Part shown: positions 27,091-51,986 of the stretch, in pieces
How positions within the stretch are numbered: position 1 is the first letter of the stretch
Layout of the letters: every line of letters begins with the position of its first letter
Assembly (NCBI RefSeq): GCF_009914755.1
Contig: NC_060941.1
DNA: 64,000 bases
Reading direction: 5' to 3' (one strand)
Source of the DNA: the human T2T-CHM13v2.0 reference genome, Homo sapiens
Program-made: the position numbers and the translations under genes
The notes under the pieces: model-generated
Database searches by the model: none
What the model was told of the DNA's origin: nothing
Seen by the model: only the letters and a program-made list of their open reading frames with translations

Positions 27091-27244
27091 AGATGAGGGT
27101 TTTCAAGGCATTTCCAGCCTCAGTCACAAGGAAGAGAGATTTAGAGCCCCCAGTCCTCCCACAGTACCTCAGGTCAGATGCCCAGACAGGAGGCTGGATG
27201 GGGCAGCTGAAGAGGTCAACCCCAGGCCCAGATACCTCCCTCAC

Positions 27245-27348
27245 CTGCTTGGTGGCCACATCTGAGAGGTTGCGCAGGGTCCACAGGCAGTTCTGCACCA
27301 GGCGGGGGCTGTTGCTGGTCAGGTGCTTGCCCAGGGCCTGCATCCCAC
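27245..27348 (-). CDS. JUP: JUP exon 7 (c.1055-1158, 104 nt)
   Basis: ccccag|GTGGG...AAGCAG|gtgagg; [34 protein letters not shown]. Confidence 0.97.
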
Positions 27349-27454
27349 CTGGGGCAGGGATAGGGGTGCCATCAGCCACGGGGAGCATGGCTGACTGAGC
27401 CTGGCAGCTGGGCAGAGCTCCCACCCCAGCCGCCCTCAAGGCCATCATACTCAC

Positions 27455-27599
27455 CAGCCTCCACAATGGCAGGCTTATTGCTGGGACACACGGATAGCAC
27501 CTTGAGCACACGACTGGTGGTCCAGAGCAGCTTTTCATAACTGTAGTTACGCATGATCTGCACGAGGGCCTGGGGCCCACCATTGGCCAGGATGATCAG
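27455..27599 (-). CDS. JUP: JUP exon 6 (c.910-1054, 145 nt)
   Basis: ccatag|CTGATC...GCTG|gtgagt; [26 protein letters not shown]...IVEA. Confidence 0.97.
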
Positions 27600-27729
27600 C
27601 TATGGGTAAAGAGGGAATGAGTGTGAGATGGACGGGGAATATGACAGGAACAAGGAAGCGCGGGACAGGAGACAGAACTGTCATTACTGAGCTTCAGCTA
27701 AAGCACGAATAGTTCGTTTTTTTCTTTTA

Positions 27730-29742
<2,013 letters not shown>

Positions 29743-29910
29743 TTATCCTCAAAATAATAATTCTGGGCAATTCAGTCGCATGATGAAGCATGTATATCTG
29801 CACCTATATCTCATCTAAAAGGAGTAAGGGGGCAGCGGCCCAAGGCTGTGCAGGATAGAAGATGGCGCAAGGGTGGGCTTCAGGCCTCGGGAGGGTTGGG
29901 GAGGGCCCAC

Positions 29911-30112
29911 CTTGCTCTCCTGGTTGCCGTAGGCCAGGAGCTGCAGGCAGTCGGTGGTGATGGCCAGGAACTTGGGGTTGTTCTTGTTGAGCAGGGGCAC
30001 CATCTTTTGCAGCCCGTCGGCCAGGCGCACGGCCATCTTGGCGCCCTCCTGGTACAGGAGCAGGTTGTGCAGCGTGGTGATGGCATAGAACAGGACCGAC
30101 TCCACAGGGGAG
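29911..30112 (-). CDS. JUP: JUP exon 5 (c.708-909, 202 nt)
   Basis: ccccag|CTCC...AAG|gtgggc; [18 protein letters not shown]...NQESK. Confidence 0.97.
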
Positions 30113-30512
30113 CTGGGGGGGTGGGCAGGGGTTAGTACGCTGAGGTCCCAGAGGCCTGGCATACATGTGAGCCTGGCATGGGTTCCCACCTCCCCCAGGA
30201 AGCCTCCCCGCTACTGACGCCCCTCTGGAAATATCCCTTCGCTAAAATCTCATCACTCCTTGAGCCTGCCCTGCTCTTAAGCATGAAGCAAACAGCACCT
30301 CTCTTCTCCCAACTGGGACAATGACTCCTCCTGCTTCTGAGTCCCCAGCCCTGTGCTGAGCGCACAGTAGGTCCCCTAGACACTGATCCCTACTAAGTAA
30401 CCACCATGTGGAAGGCCACATATTAGAGAGGCCTTGCAAGGCGTTCAGAGGGGAGTGAAATCAGTGTCTCCCCTTCAGGGAGCTTCCAGCCTGGTATGGG
30501 GATGAGAAATAA

Positions 30513-31091
<579 letters not shown>

Positions 31092-31159
31092 TCTCAAAAA
31101 AAAAAAAAGAAATGAGGCCAATCCACATTTTGTAGGGGGCCAGGAAACAGAAAGTTTGC

Positions 31160-31430
31160 AAGGGACTTTGCATTTGCTGTTCCCTCTGCCTGGGACACTC
31201 TTCCCTTCCTCTACACTAGCCAAACTCCACTCATCTGTCAATCCCCTGCCATTAAGCGATTCCACCTTTGAGCAATCTCAATGCTCTTCTGCCATAGCCT
31301 GTGTCGTATCCTGATCATTAACCTGCTGTTTACATGCCTGTGTTCCCTGCTGGGCTGTGAGCCACCGAGCACCCGGATGGGGTGTGCTTCTGCCTGGCAC
31401 ATAGTAGGTGCTCACTGGATATTTATGGAA
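31160..31430. mobile_element. L2 fragment
   Basis: ctttgcatttgctgttccctctgcctgg...tgcctggcacatagtaggtgctca, typical of the L2 3' end. Confidence 0.7.
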
Positions 31431-31502
31431 GCTCAGGGAAGGGAGGGGAGAGGCCCAAGTGAGAGGGGGTCCTGGGCTCATGCAGTGAGCAGGGTTGGGT
31501 AC

Positions 31503-31741
31503 CTGAGCATGCGGACCAGAGCAGGGATGCCACCCGACTTGAAGATGGCGAGCAGCCCCTCCCGGTGGTGGGAGAGGTTGTGCAGGATGCTGGTGGTGCA
31601 GCGGGCTGTGTCCAGGTCGCTGGTATTCTGCATGGTACGCACGACAGCGGCCACCAGCTGGGGCGAGCCCATCAGGGCCCGCCGCGACGCCTCCTTCTTC
31701 GACAGCTGGTTCACAATCATGGCCGCCTTGGTCACCACCAC
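31503..31741 (-). CDS. JUP: JUP exon 4 (c.469-707, 239 nt)
   Basis: ctccag|GTGGTG...CTCAG|gtaccc; [20 protein letters not shown]...ALVRML. Confidence 0.97.
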
Positions 31742-31951
31742 CTGGAGGGCAAAGGCAGGGGCGGGGACGTGAGCACTAAGGAGAGGCCGGGATACCCTTC
31801 CACAGAGCTGAGGAGGGCCCCAGTCAGACTCATCACACACGGGAGAGTCTGGGTCATAACCTCCCTCCACCCCTACAATGTCCCTCCCCTGAGGACATCT
31901 GCTCTCTCCCCTCCCTGCCCAGCCCCCACCCTAGCAGGGACCCTCACAGAC

Positions 31952-32211
31952 CGGGTCCTCGTCGTTGAGCAGTTTGGTGAGCTCGGGCAGGGCGCGAGTG
32001 GCCAGCTCGGCATCGTCCTGGTAGTTGATGAGATGCACAATGGCCGACTTGAGCAGCTGGGACGGCTCGGCCAGTCGCTGCAGGTTGGTGGCCTGCCCCT
32101 CCACCTGGGTGGCCAGCAGAAGCGAGCTGTCCTCGCCTGACACACCAGGGCACATGGCCTCCCGCACCCGTTTGGCCCTGGCTGTTGTGGACATCTGGTA
32201 CTCCAGGTCAC
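31952..32211 (-). CDS. JUP: JUP exon 3 (c.209-468, 260 nt)
   Basis: cccccag|GTGAC...GACCCG|gtctgt; [16 protein letters not shown]...LLNDEDP. Confidence 0.97.
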
Positions 32212-33546
32212 CTGGGGGCCATGGGGACAGGGACTGAGTGCAGGCAGTGGGCTGGGCAGACACTGGGGAGCAGGGCAGGCCACAGACAGCCCCACCTGGG
32301 TCCTCTGGGCTACCTCTTGCCCTGCCCAAACCCCCAGCACATGACTGGCCATTCTACCTCTCACCAGGAACCTTGGGGAAGTCACCATCACCTCAGTAAT
32401 CTCTGTAAAATAGGCCCCACATGTTCTGTCCATCACGGGAATTTTTTTTTTTTTTTTGCACACTTATTATGTGCCTGGCAGTGAATTCAATGCCCTGCTT
32501 ATATTTTCTCACATAACCTGACAACGACCCTGCAAGGTAAGTACTATCACTGGCTCCACTTTACAGATGGGAAAACTGGGCACAGAGGGGTTATAAGGCA
32601 GCCTGACTCAGGGGCCCAAACCCCTACTCTATTCTCCTCCCTTACCCATCAGGTCTGTTTTCAACCCTGAAATCTCAGGAGTCTAATTACACCCTCATCA
32701 TCCCCAACGGTAGCAATCCTCCCACTATACAGGCAGGCAAACAGAGGCCCAGAGAACCACCAACATCACATCTCACAGCAGATCAGAGGGAAAGTCAGGG
32801 CTGTGGGTTCAGAGAGCAGGAGCTGGGTCCTCAGCTGAGACGTCAGGTTCCTCTCTAGCTTCCATCCCCTGGGTGGGTCTGGGAGTCCCACAGGTAGGTG
32901 CCCAAGCAGCCACACCCTGGCAACTGTCCTGATGCCCCCAGGGAGAGGGACGCAGAGGTTCCACCCTCTAATTAGTCGAGAAGGAGGAGACAGCTGCATG
33001 GCTTTCCCACCTGGATGCTGTACTTTTTGCTACCAACACAGTGCCTGGCCCTGCCAGCCAAAAGGCCCCCTGCTACCCCTACCAGCTGTCAGGAAGGAGA
33101 CTGGCATGCGAGGGCTGAGCTCCATAGAGCCCCACCAGCCACAGTCTACTCACACTACTCCCAGCACCCACAGCCCACCCCCTGGCATGTTCAGGGCCCT
33201 GGAGGCACCTGTGGCCAACAGTTCTAGGGCCTGGCTATTCCTCTCTCCCAGAGGGGCAGGGGAGGCTTGGGCTGGCGGGGCATCCCCATCCCGGACTAAG
33301 CCCCAGAGCTGAGTCAGTCACTCATCCCACAGCCTTGGCCTATCTGCAGGTCAGCCGCAGAGGCCTGGTCTCCCTCCAACCCCAACGAGGGGCCCTCAGG
33401 CTTGACACCTACACCCCTCTACCCAAAGGGGAATCCCTGGGGGTTCCTGGGGGCTACGGCCCTGGCTCTCCCACAAACGTGAGGCTCCTGCAGCCAAAGG
33501 GCTGCGTCCTCCCTGCCATCCATGGGCTCCCTGAGAGCCATAGTGA

Positions 33547-33933
<387 letters not shown>

Positions 33934-34181
33934 TAAGGGCAGGGACTATGCCTTCCCTCCCTACTGATGGTTCACAGAAGAGGATTCTGTGACCCTCCCA
34001 GATGCAGCACCCTGAAGTAGCTGCACCTCCTCCTTCAGACTGGGTGGGCCCCTAGTTAGCATGAGCTGTGCCTCCTCCCTCAGACCAGAGACCCCCTACA
34101 ATCTGCCTCCTTTCACTCTGACCTCTCTCCAGGACCCAGGCAGGTTTTCTGCCCCATGCAATAGTCCCCAGGGGTCCTGAC

Positions 34182-34389
34182 CTTGGCTGGGGGGCACCCC
34201 CTGGGTGTAAGTGGTGGTTTTCTTGAGCGTGTACTGGCGCCCGCAGGCCTCATCCTCCTCCATGATGCCCTTGCTGCTGACGGAGGGCACGCAGGTGTTG
34301 GCGCCCGAGTGGATACCCGAGTCGTAGGTGTATGTCTGCTGCCACTCAGTCACCTTGATAGGCTGCTCCATCAGGTTCATCACCTCCAT
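34182..34389 (-). CDS. JUP: JUP exon 2 coding part (c.1-208); the exon starts at ~34397
   Basis: Kozak gccacgATGG; MEVMNLMEQ...VPPSQG; contains the DSGIHS degron; donor CAAG|gtcagg. Confidence 0.97.
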
Positions 34390-36812
34390 CGTGGCTACTG
34401 GGGGCACAAAGGAGGAAGTCAGGAAGCAGGAAGTCACCTGGCCCAGCCCCCAGCTTCAGCCCGTCACCAAGCCCCGCCTGTCTTCCCACATCATCACCAT
34501 GGCCCAGGGATTTCAATGAGGATGCAGGCTGGGGATGGGGGGACTGCCCAGAAGGGCACCAGGCCCAGGGAGGGGCTGCCCACGACGAGATACCCTGGGA
34601 GCAGTGAGCCCCAGGGGTGCGGCTGTGTGTATGTCCTGGGCTTGCATCTCTGACCTCCCAGGGGGATGAGCCCCAGGGGGCAGGACAGTCAAGGGCCAGC
34701 TGCCGCCAGAAGCCCCTGCTCACGCACCTTGCTGCCCTGACCCAACTCTCCCAGGGGCAAGAGAAGGCACTCAGGGCTTCTAGCAGCTTCTGAGGTCCCC
34801 TGGGCCCACCCTCAACTACTGGGGCTCCCTGGGAAAGGCTGCAGGGAGGAGGCACCCAAGCCATTGGGCAGGAAACTGGGCGGGGCAGGGAAGCGGTCTG
34901 ACAGGTTTCTCTGGAGCGCCCCAGGCTCCCTCAGAGACTCCAGGATCTGGCTTTCCTACAGGTTGGGCAGGATCACACATGGCCCTGAGGTCCAGACCCT
35001 AAGGCCCCCTCTCTCCCAGCCCTCCCAGTCCCTAGACGCCTCTTTGAGTCCCACAGAGCAATTCAAATCTCAGCTACTCACTACTGGGGCAGTTCCTCTC
35101 CCCACAGAACCTCAGTGTCCTCATCTGTAAAGCGGGGTCACGCCACCTCCCTCAGAGGTGGTTGCGAGGACCTGGTGCATAGCAGGTGCTCAGAGGCCAC
35201 GGCCATTATCATCAGCACTGCCTCTCCTCCAGAAGTGCTTCCTCACCTCCTGGTCTCCTCGAGCCCAGGCTAGGGATCTGGGGTGGGGCAGGCCTGTGGG
35301 TGGTCACTGCCGTCAGGAACCCCTCTCTCTCTCTGCAAAGGTTTAGGCGCACCTGAAGGTTAATGAGTAGCAGGGCCGAACTTTGTACCAGGGAGGTGAA
35401 CTTCCCGCTTGGTCTGTGTTTGGCTCCACTGTCCTGGGAACTGACCTGCAGAGGTCAGAGGCTGCGGGGAGAATGGACGCCGTGATCCCATGAGGGCCTA
35501 CTACGAGCCAGACCTTTCACAGACACCGTCATGCTCATGGGCGGGTTTCAAAGCCCATGCACTGGTCCCCCGCGTACAGATGCAGAAACTGAGGTTAGAA
35601 ATGGCAGAGCTGGGACTGGGACCAGGTGTGAGGGCACCAAGGTCTGTAGTCTTTGCACATCCCGGCGCAGCCTCAGTGAGTAAGCAGAACTCAGGCTGGT
35701 CCACCCATGAAGCCAGGCAGCACCCGGGTTGTCTCACTGTGATGGGGACCAGGTGAGGGTGGGGTGGCTGGGGCAACCTGGCCCCACCCCAGGAACAAAG
35801 ATCACCAAGGATAAGTCTTCCCTGTGACTGCCCCAGTGCCGCCCTGGCCCTCCAGGAGGATGACGAATGGTCCTGCAGGTCTCCCAGCCTTTTATGGCAG
35901 GCAGCCGTGAGCACACCCGGAACAGGCAGAGGCAGGGGCCAGGCCAGCTCCCAGCTGCCTCCTTCCTCTCCTCCCGCAATCCCTAGTGACTCAGAGTTTC
36001 AGGCTGATTAAACAGAAGCAGTCCCGCCACCTCAGACGGCAGACCCCAGACGACAGGCTCGGGCCGCCAGATGTGCACAGCTGCTTCCCAGGCATTCGAA
36101 AGTGTAGCTATTTCAGAAGGAGCCCCCCCAACCAGCCCCCTTTCCACACGCACCCCTTCCCCACACCCCTTCCCCAGCAACAGAGGGGAATGGCCACTGG
36201 CAGGAAACAGGGGCAATGGTGGGGGGCGGGGGGCGGGGTGCTCGGAGAAGGCAGACATGGGAAAACCCTACTAAAATCCTGAGCTCCTCGTGCTGTGCCG
36301 CCTTCCCCAACCATTTCCCTGCCCCAAGGGCAAGTCCCAAGAGAGAGCAGAGGAGAGTTTGGAAGAGAAGCTGCCCCCAGGAGAGAAGGAAGGTGCAAGT
36401 GTACAAGTAAACACGGTAGCAATAACCCACTGAATGCCGCTCTGCTGGGCTCAAGGCTGAACGACATCTGGACACTGCTGGACATCTGCAGCTCTGGTCA
36501 ACAAACACACTGCATCCCAGCCAGAGGGCCCTCCTGCATAGACAGTGCCTAACCCTGGGGCTTCTCAGCTAAGGGAGAGGGAAGCGGGCCTCACTCCAAA
36601 CAAGGGTCACCCCTTGCCGGCCTCACATCTAAAGGGACCACCACAGTCAAGCTGAGGAACTTCCTCAGCAGGCCCCTCACCACCCCCACCAGCCCAGGTC
36701 AACCGCCAGGAGACTGCTGAGGGCTAGACAGCTACCCAGGGAGAGACAGAAGCCACAGGATGCCATGGGGGGGTGGGGGGGTGGACGCCCAGTGGCCTTT
36801 ATTATTATGTGA

Positions 36813-46449
<9,637 letters not shown>

Positions 46450-48329
46450 GAAAGTGCTTGGTTTCTGTAAAGTCTTACCTTGATCTTGAGTTACCGTTTG
46501 TCAAGTACTTACTGGGTAGATAGGTATTAGTATTCCCATTTTGCCAAAGAGGTCACTGAGGCTCAGGTAATGAGAGACAGAGCTGGGTCTCAAACCCAGC
46601 TCAGTTCAAGCCCAAAGCCCTGTGCTCAGAACTGCCCCACTGTCCCATCTCTCCAAATAAACAGTCCTTCTGTAGACTAGTCAATTGACCCATCTCACTC
46701 TAAGGTGGCTCCAGGATGGGAAAAAGGTTGGCAGCCCTAGCCCGACCTTTTTCGTTCCTATGCACTGCATTCTCAAAGCCTCGGCCCTGGCAGCCCAAAC
46801 AGAGGCTCCAGAGGGAATGGGGTGGAGCCAGGGTGCAAGGGAGGGGTGGAGTGGGGGTGGGAGGGCTCAAGTCACCCAAGCTGGGGCTTGATCTAGCAAG
46901 AAATGACTAACTGGGTCCTACCTTCTCCTCCTCCCCCGCATCCCCCAGTCCAGTCAGTGGCCAGTTTTCACCAAGCACCTCCTAGCAGTACTTCCTCAGT
47001 ATTATCTTTTCATCACAGCCACAAACCAGATTAGCTAAACTAATCATGTAGCCAACATAATTACAATGCCCTCCCCTCCTCCACCTTGGCACAGAGAAGA
47101 GGGAAAGCAGGTTATTTTTGCCCAAACTCCCTGCTCCTGTTGCTCCCCAGAGGTGCAGAATCCCATCCCCCGGCAGAAAAGGATCTGAGTTCCCACACTG
47201 ACTTCCCCCTAGCACAGGGCTGAGCGTGATCCCCACCCAGGATAAAGGGGCTGAGTCTGGGCCCCCAGCCTCACTCCCCCATCTACAACAAAGAAAGAGG
47301 TGGTAGACTCTTCCCCTCCAAGCACTCTCGATCCCCGCCCCCCACAATCTTTCTCCCACCCCCAGGACTGAGAGAGAACCCAACTGTTGTATTCTCTCTC
47401 TGTTCCCCAACGAGGCTGGGCTCCAAATCCTGCAAAAAGACCACATTTCAGATTTTTTTTTTAAACCGGGGTACAAACCCTGATCAAGATCCCCAATTCT
47501 GGGTGGGGGGGGGCGGTCTCAGGAAATTGGGAGCAGGGAAGGCAGGGGGCCCGATGCAGCTCTGCCTGAGAGAGTCTAGCATTGAAGAAACCTTCCCCCA
47601 AAAAGCCTTCCTGCGGTCTCACTTTCCCTGTCAAATTCTTTCAGGAAAGCGGGTGGGAAAGGTCTGTGCAGGCCTCCAGAAAGCATGCACCTTCACAATT
47701 CAGAAATCAAATGGAAGGCAAGTCCCACAGCCTCATGCGCTTCTGCCTCAATAACCAGCCAGCTAAGTAATGTGGGGGATGGGGTAGAGGCAAAAAAAAA
47801 AAGACAAGAACAACCACTCCCCCCACCTTCCTCAGTTTGGCCCAGCCCTGCCCCACCCCCATTCCTGGGGAGGGGGCAGAGCTTGAGAGACAACCACTTA
47901 CGCAGGCCTTGTCTGAGGGGGTGTGGTGGTCCCAGGAGGCAGGAAGAGAAGGAAGAAGCTGCTTCCCCTCTCAGCACTTTCCACCCCCCACCCCGGCCCC
48001 TACCTCAGGCCCCTGGGGCCCAGCGAACAGGATGAATGTGGGGGCAGGGAAGACAGGGTCGGAGCCCAGGCACCGGCCCAGGTTCAGCCAGGGGCCGGCT
48101 GGGGGAAGGGGTTTTGCACCAGGAAGGACCCCCTAAGCCTAAAGGAAGTTTTGGGCAAGGAGACGGGAAAACCCCCAGATAAAGCTGCTGTGAATACTTC
48201 CTCCTGCAAAGTTTGTTTTGGGTGATTTTTTCCAACAATAAGAGGTTAGAGAAGACGGGTCCTGTTCCCCTACCAACACTCTGGCAGCCACAGCTACTGG
48301 AAACTGGGCCAGGTGACCCTGAATTCTTC

Positions 48330-49460
48330 ATCCGTGCACAGACCCCACCCCCCCAGACCCCAGGGCGAGCCACGGGTGCCAGACACCAGCTGGACACTGA
48401 GCCGAGCCCTGCACCCCCCAGTCACTCCATCCCACCTCCGCTGAAGAAGCCAGAGCCGGGCTCCCACCGGCGTGGAGGGAGGCGCCGCAGGTAGTATCGA
48501 CGAGGCTCTGGGAGCTGGAGGGCAGGGCCTCTGGACTCCGTGCGCTCACCTGCTCGGCAGGTGGGGCCAGAGTCGCTGGGAAAATGTGCGCTCGGCCCCC
48601 ACAGTTGGGCAAGCTGGGCGCAAACAATAGGGCCCCACCCAGGCCTGGGGGAGTAGGGAGGGAGGGAAAGCGAGGATGACGCGTGGGGTGGGGTGAGGGT
48701 GGCCCCAAAGAGACCAGCGGCAGCAAGTTTCCCAAACGGTAAATTCCTGACTGCAGCGTGAGCCCTGGGACGCAGTCGAAGCAGAGCAAAGTCTCCCCCG
48801 CCAGCCCAGGGCGAGAGTCAGGGACGCGGCGTCGGGCGAGCTGCGCGGGCCCCGGGGGAGGCGCGACCCCGGAGGCACCTGTCCGGATCCCTCCCCGCCT
48901 TGCTCAGATCTCTGGTTCGCGGAGCTCCGAGGCGCGCTCGGCCCGAACCGCGCGACCCCCAAGTCGCCGCGCCCAGGACCCCAGCGCGCCCCCTGCCGCC
49001 GGTGCAGGGTGGCGCTCGATGGCACCGGCCCTCACCTGCCCAGGGACGGCTGGGACCGGCCCCGCGGCCGCTCGCCACCCCTCTGTCCCCAACGATACCT
49101 GCGCCCCCGATAGCCCGCACCTGAGTATGGGGCCTGACCGGGCCGGGTCGGGGTCGGGCCGGGGTGGGAGCCGGCGCGGACAGCGAACTGAGCTCGGCGT
49201 GGTCGGGCGGCGGCTGCTCCGGACTCTGGCCAAGGCAGCAACTCAGTAACCGAACAAAAGGCGAAGAGACCTGACAGCCAAGCCACGCCCCTCGCCACCT
49301 CGAAGCTCCGCCCCTGGGGGAGACGCCCACCCTCTGGTGCGAGCTTACTGGCTATCTCGCCTGACTGTCCCGTGGAGGGGCGGAGCCTCGCCTCCAGTCC
49401 TCTTCCACGGCCGCCTCTGTTTATCCGCTTGCCATTGGCCCCGGGGACTGCCAGTCGGCT
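48330..49460. promoter_or_regulatory. JUP: CpG island over JUP promoter, exon 1 and start of intron 1
   Basis: Visibly high GC and CpG density compared with the rest of the window; boundaries approximate. Confidence 0.9.
49121..49245 (-). other. JUP: JUP exon 1 (non-coding 5' UTR)
   Basis: Lies in the CpG island and ends CATACTCAG|gtgcgg (GT at 49120-49119). The 5' end is approximate. Confidence 0.85.
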
Positions 49461-49580
49461 CTAGGGATGGACTCTAACTTGAGGTCTCATCCTAACATTG
49501 CATCTATTGGCAGATAGAAAGTTACTTCCTCCTGATTGGACAAGGCTCTGTCAGTAAGACTAAGGAAAAAACCAATGGAA
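49250..49580 (-). promoter_or_regulatory. JUP: TATA-less JUP proximal promoter with KLF/SP GC boxes and several CCAAT boxes
   Basis: CCACGCCC 49283-90; CTCCGCCCC 49306-14; GGGGCGGAG ~49377-85; ATTGG at 49434, 49506 and 49535; CCAAT at 49572; ETS core ACTTCCT 49524-30. Confidence 0.7.
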
Positions 49581-49839
49581 GGGATGGGGTGTGTCTTGCC
49601 CCACCCTTGCTCTGAGCAGGTGAGACTCATTACTCTCCCCTTCCCCCTACCTGTCCAACAGGTAAGTCATAGGGATACCAAGGGAAGGGACAGACGCCTT
49701 CACCGGCCAGCCAACTCAGCGTCAGGCATGATGCTTCTTTGGGCTTATTCATCCTTGCCCCAAAGTAGTAATCACATATTTGTATAGCATTTCATAGGCT
49801 TTGTGCTGGGGTGGGATTTTTTTCCCGAAAGATGGAGTA

Positions 49840-50180
49840 CTCCTGGGATTTAGAATTAGAAGGCCAGGTTTGGTCTTCTCCCACTTGGTATGATTTTAGG
49901 CAAGTTACTTCACCCTGTTTCTCCTCTTCTGTAAACTGGATACATTAGCCATATCTACCTCACTGGAGTATGTGGGGATTAAATGAGGTCAGGTTTGTGA
50001 AAGCACTCAGAAACTGCTAAAGGTTAGAAATTTAAATTAACGGTATGTTTTTTTTTAATTATTGTGACAGCTCTGAAAAATAGTTAGGATGAGAAAACGA
50101 CCCTCATTGTAAAGATGAAGAAACCGAAGTTCAGAGAAGTCACAAAACTACAAAGTGGCACACCCCAAGCTAGAACCTCC
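49840..50180. mobile_element. MIR fragments just upstream of the JUP promoter
   Basis: ggcaagttacttcacc...ctgtaaactgga and gatgaagaaaccgaagttcagagaagt core motifs. Confidence 0.65.
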
Positions 50181-50498
50181 TTCCTCTCATTTGAAGGACC
50201 ACCAAACCAGCTGTTCCCCTCATGGAAGAGGAGCATAGACATAAAATGTCAAGGCAATGGGGAAGGGGCAGAGAAAAGGCACAAACACTTGGAGGAGAGA
50301 CAGAACAATTAATTGGCACAAAAATACAGTATTGGTGTCAGGAGGCTTTGGTGGGCTTGGAAACATCAAGCAGCAGATCTGAAGGAAATCCAGCCCTGGC
50401 ATGAAAGAAACGGGGCAGGCCAGGCGCAGTGGCTCACTCCTGTAATCTCAGCATTTTGGAAGGCAAAGGCGGGTGGATCACCTGAGGTCGGGAGTTCA

Positions 50499-51187
<689 letters not shown>

Positions 51188-51951
51188 CTACAAACATTCC
51201 TTCATTCAACACTTGAGTATTCATTGTCAACTGTATGTTAGGCACTGGTGAACACAGAAAATAAAACCTGGTGACACAGGAAATAAAAATGATCCCAACC
51301 TTCAAAGAGCTCATAGAAGGATAAGCAGAAGCAGCGTGTGTGGGTGGGTTTTGGAGGAGTGGTGGTTTAGAAAAGGGTCCCCCATCAACAAAGCTCTACA
51401 GCCCCAAAGCTAGCACACAGGATGGGCTGGATGAAGGTACCTTAGCAGCAACCTTGACCACTTTCCCCACCAGAGAAAAGAATGGTAGCTGAACATTCTC
51501 CCTTCTGAAGTTGCGCCATCCAAAAGCAGGGCCAGGGAGATACGGACATCCCTGAACTAGTGGCCATCCCATAACCAGGGCCACCGCCCTTTGCCTGTTT
51601 CCTCAACTCTCCATCCTCCAGCTTACCTCCCTATCTTTATCCCTGCCTTACCCCTGCCCCATCCACCTGCTTGTCACCCTGTCACATAGAGCTGTAGCCA
51701 GGCCACAGCTGGGGAAGGAATGGGCTCACAATCCTGGACTGCTGCAGCTGCCAGGGTTTCATTTCTTCCCCCTTCTGCCCACCTCCCACCTCCACACATG
51801 CACACACACATACGTCCCAGCTCCAAGCCTGGCCTGACTCCTTCCTATTTCTCCTGACCTCAGCAAAGAGGCAGGGTAGGGCTGGTTGACTGCAGAGAGG
51901 GGTGGAGGAGCCCATGTGGGTGGAGGAGCAGAAATAAGGTTTCAGAATAAA

Positions 51952-51953
<2 letters not shown>

Positions 51954-51985
<32 letters not shown>
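51954..51985. repeat. (TG)n microsatellite
   Basis: Read directly from the sequence. Confidence 0.95.
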
Positions 51986-51986
<1 letters not shown>

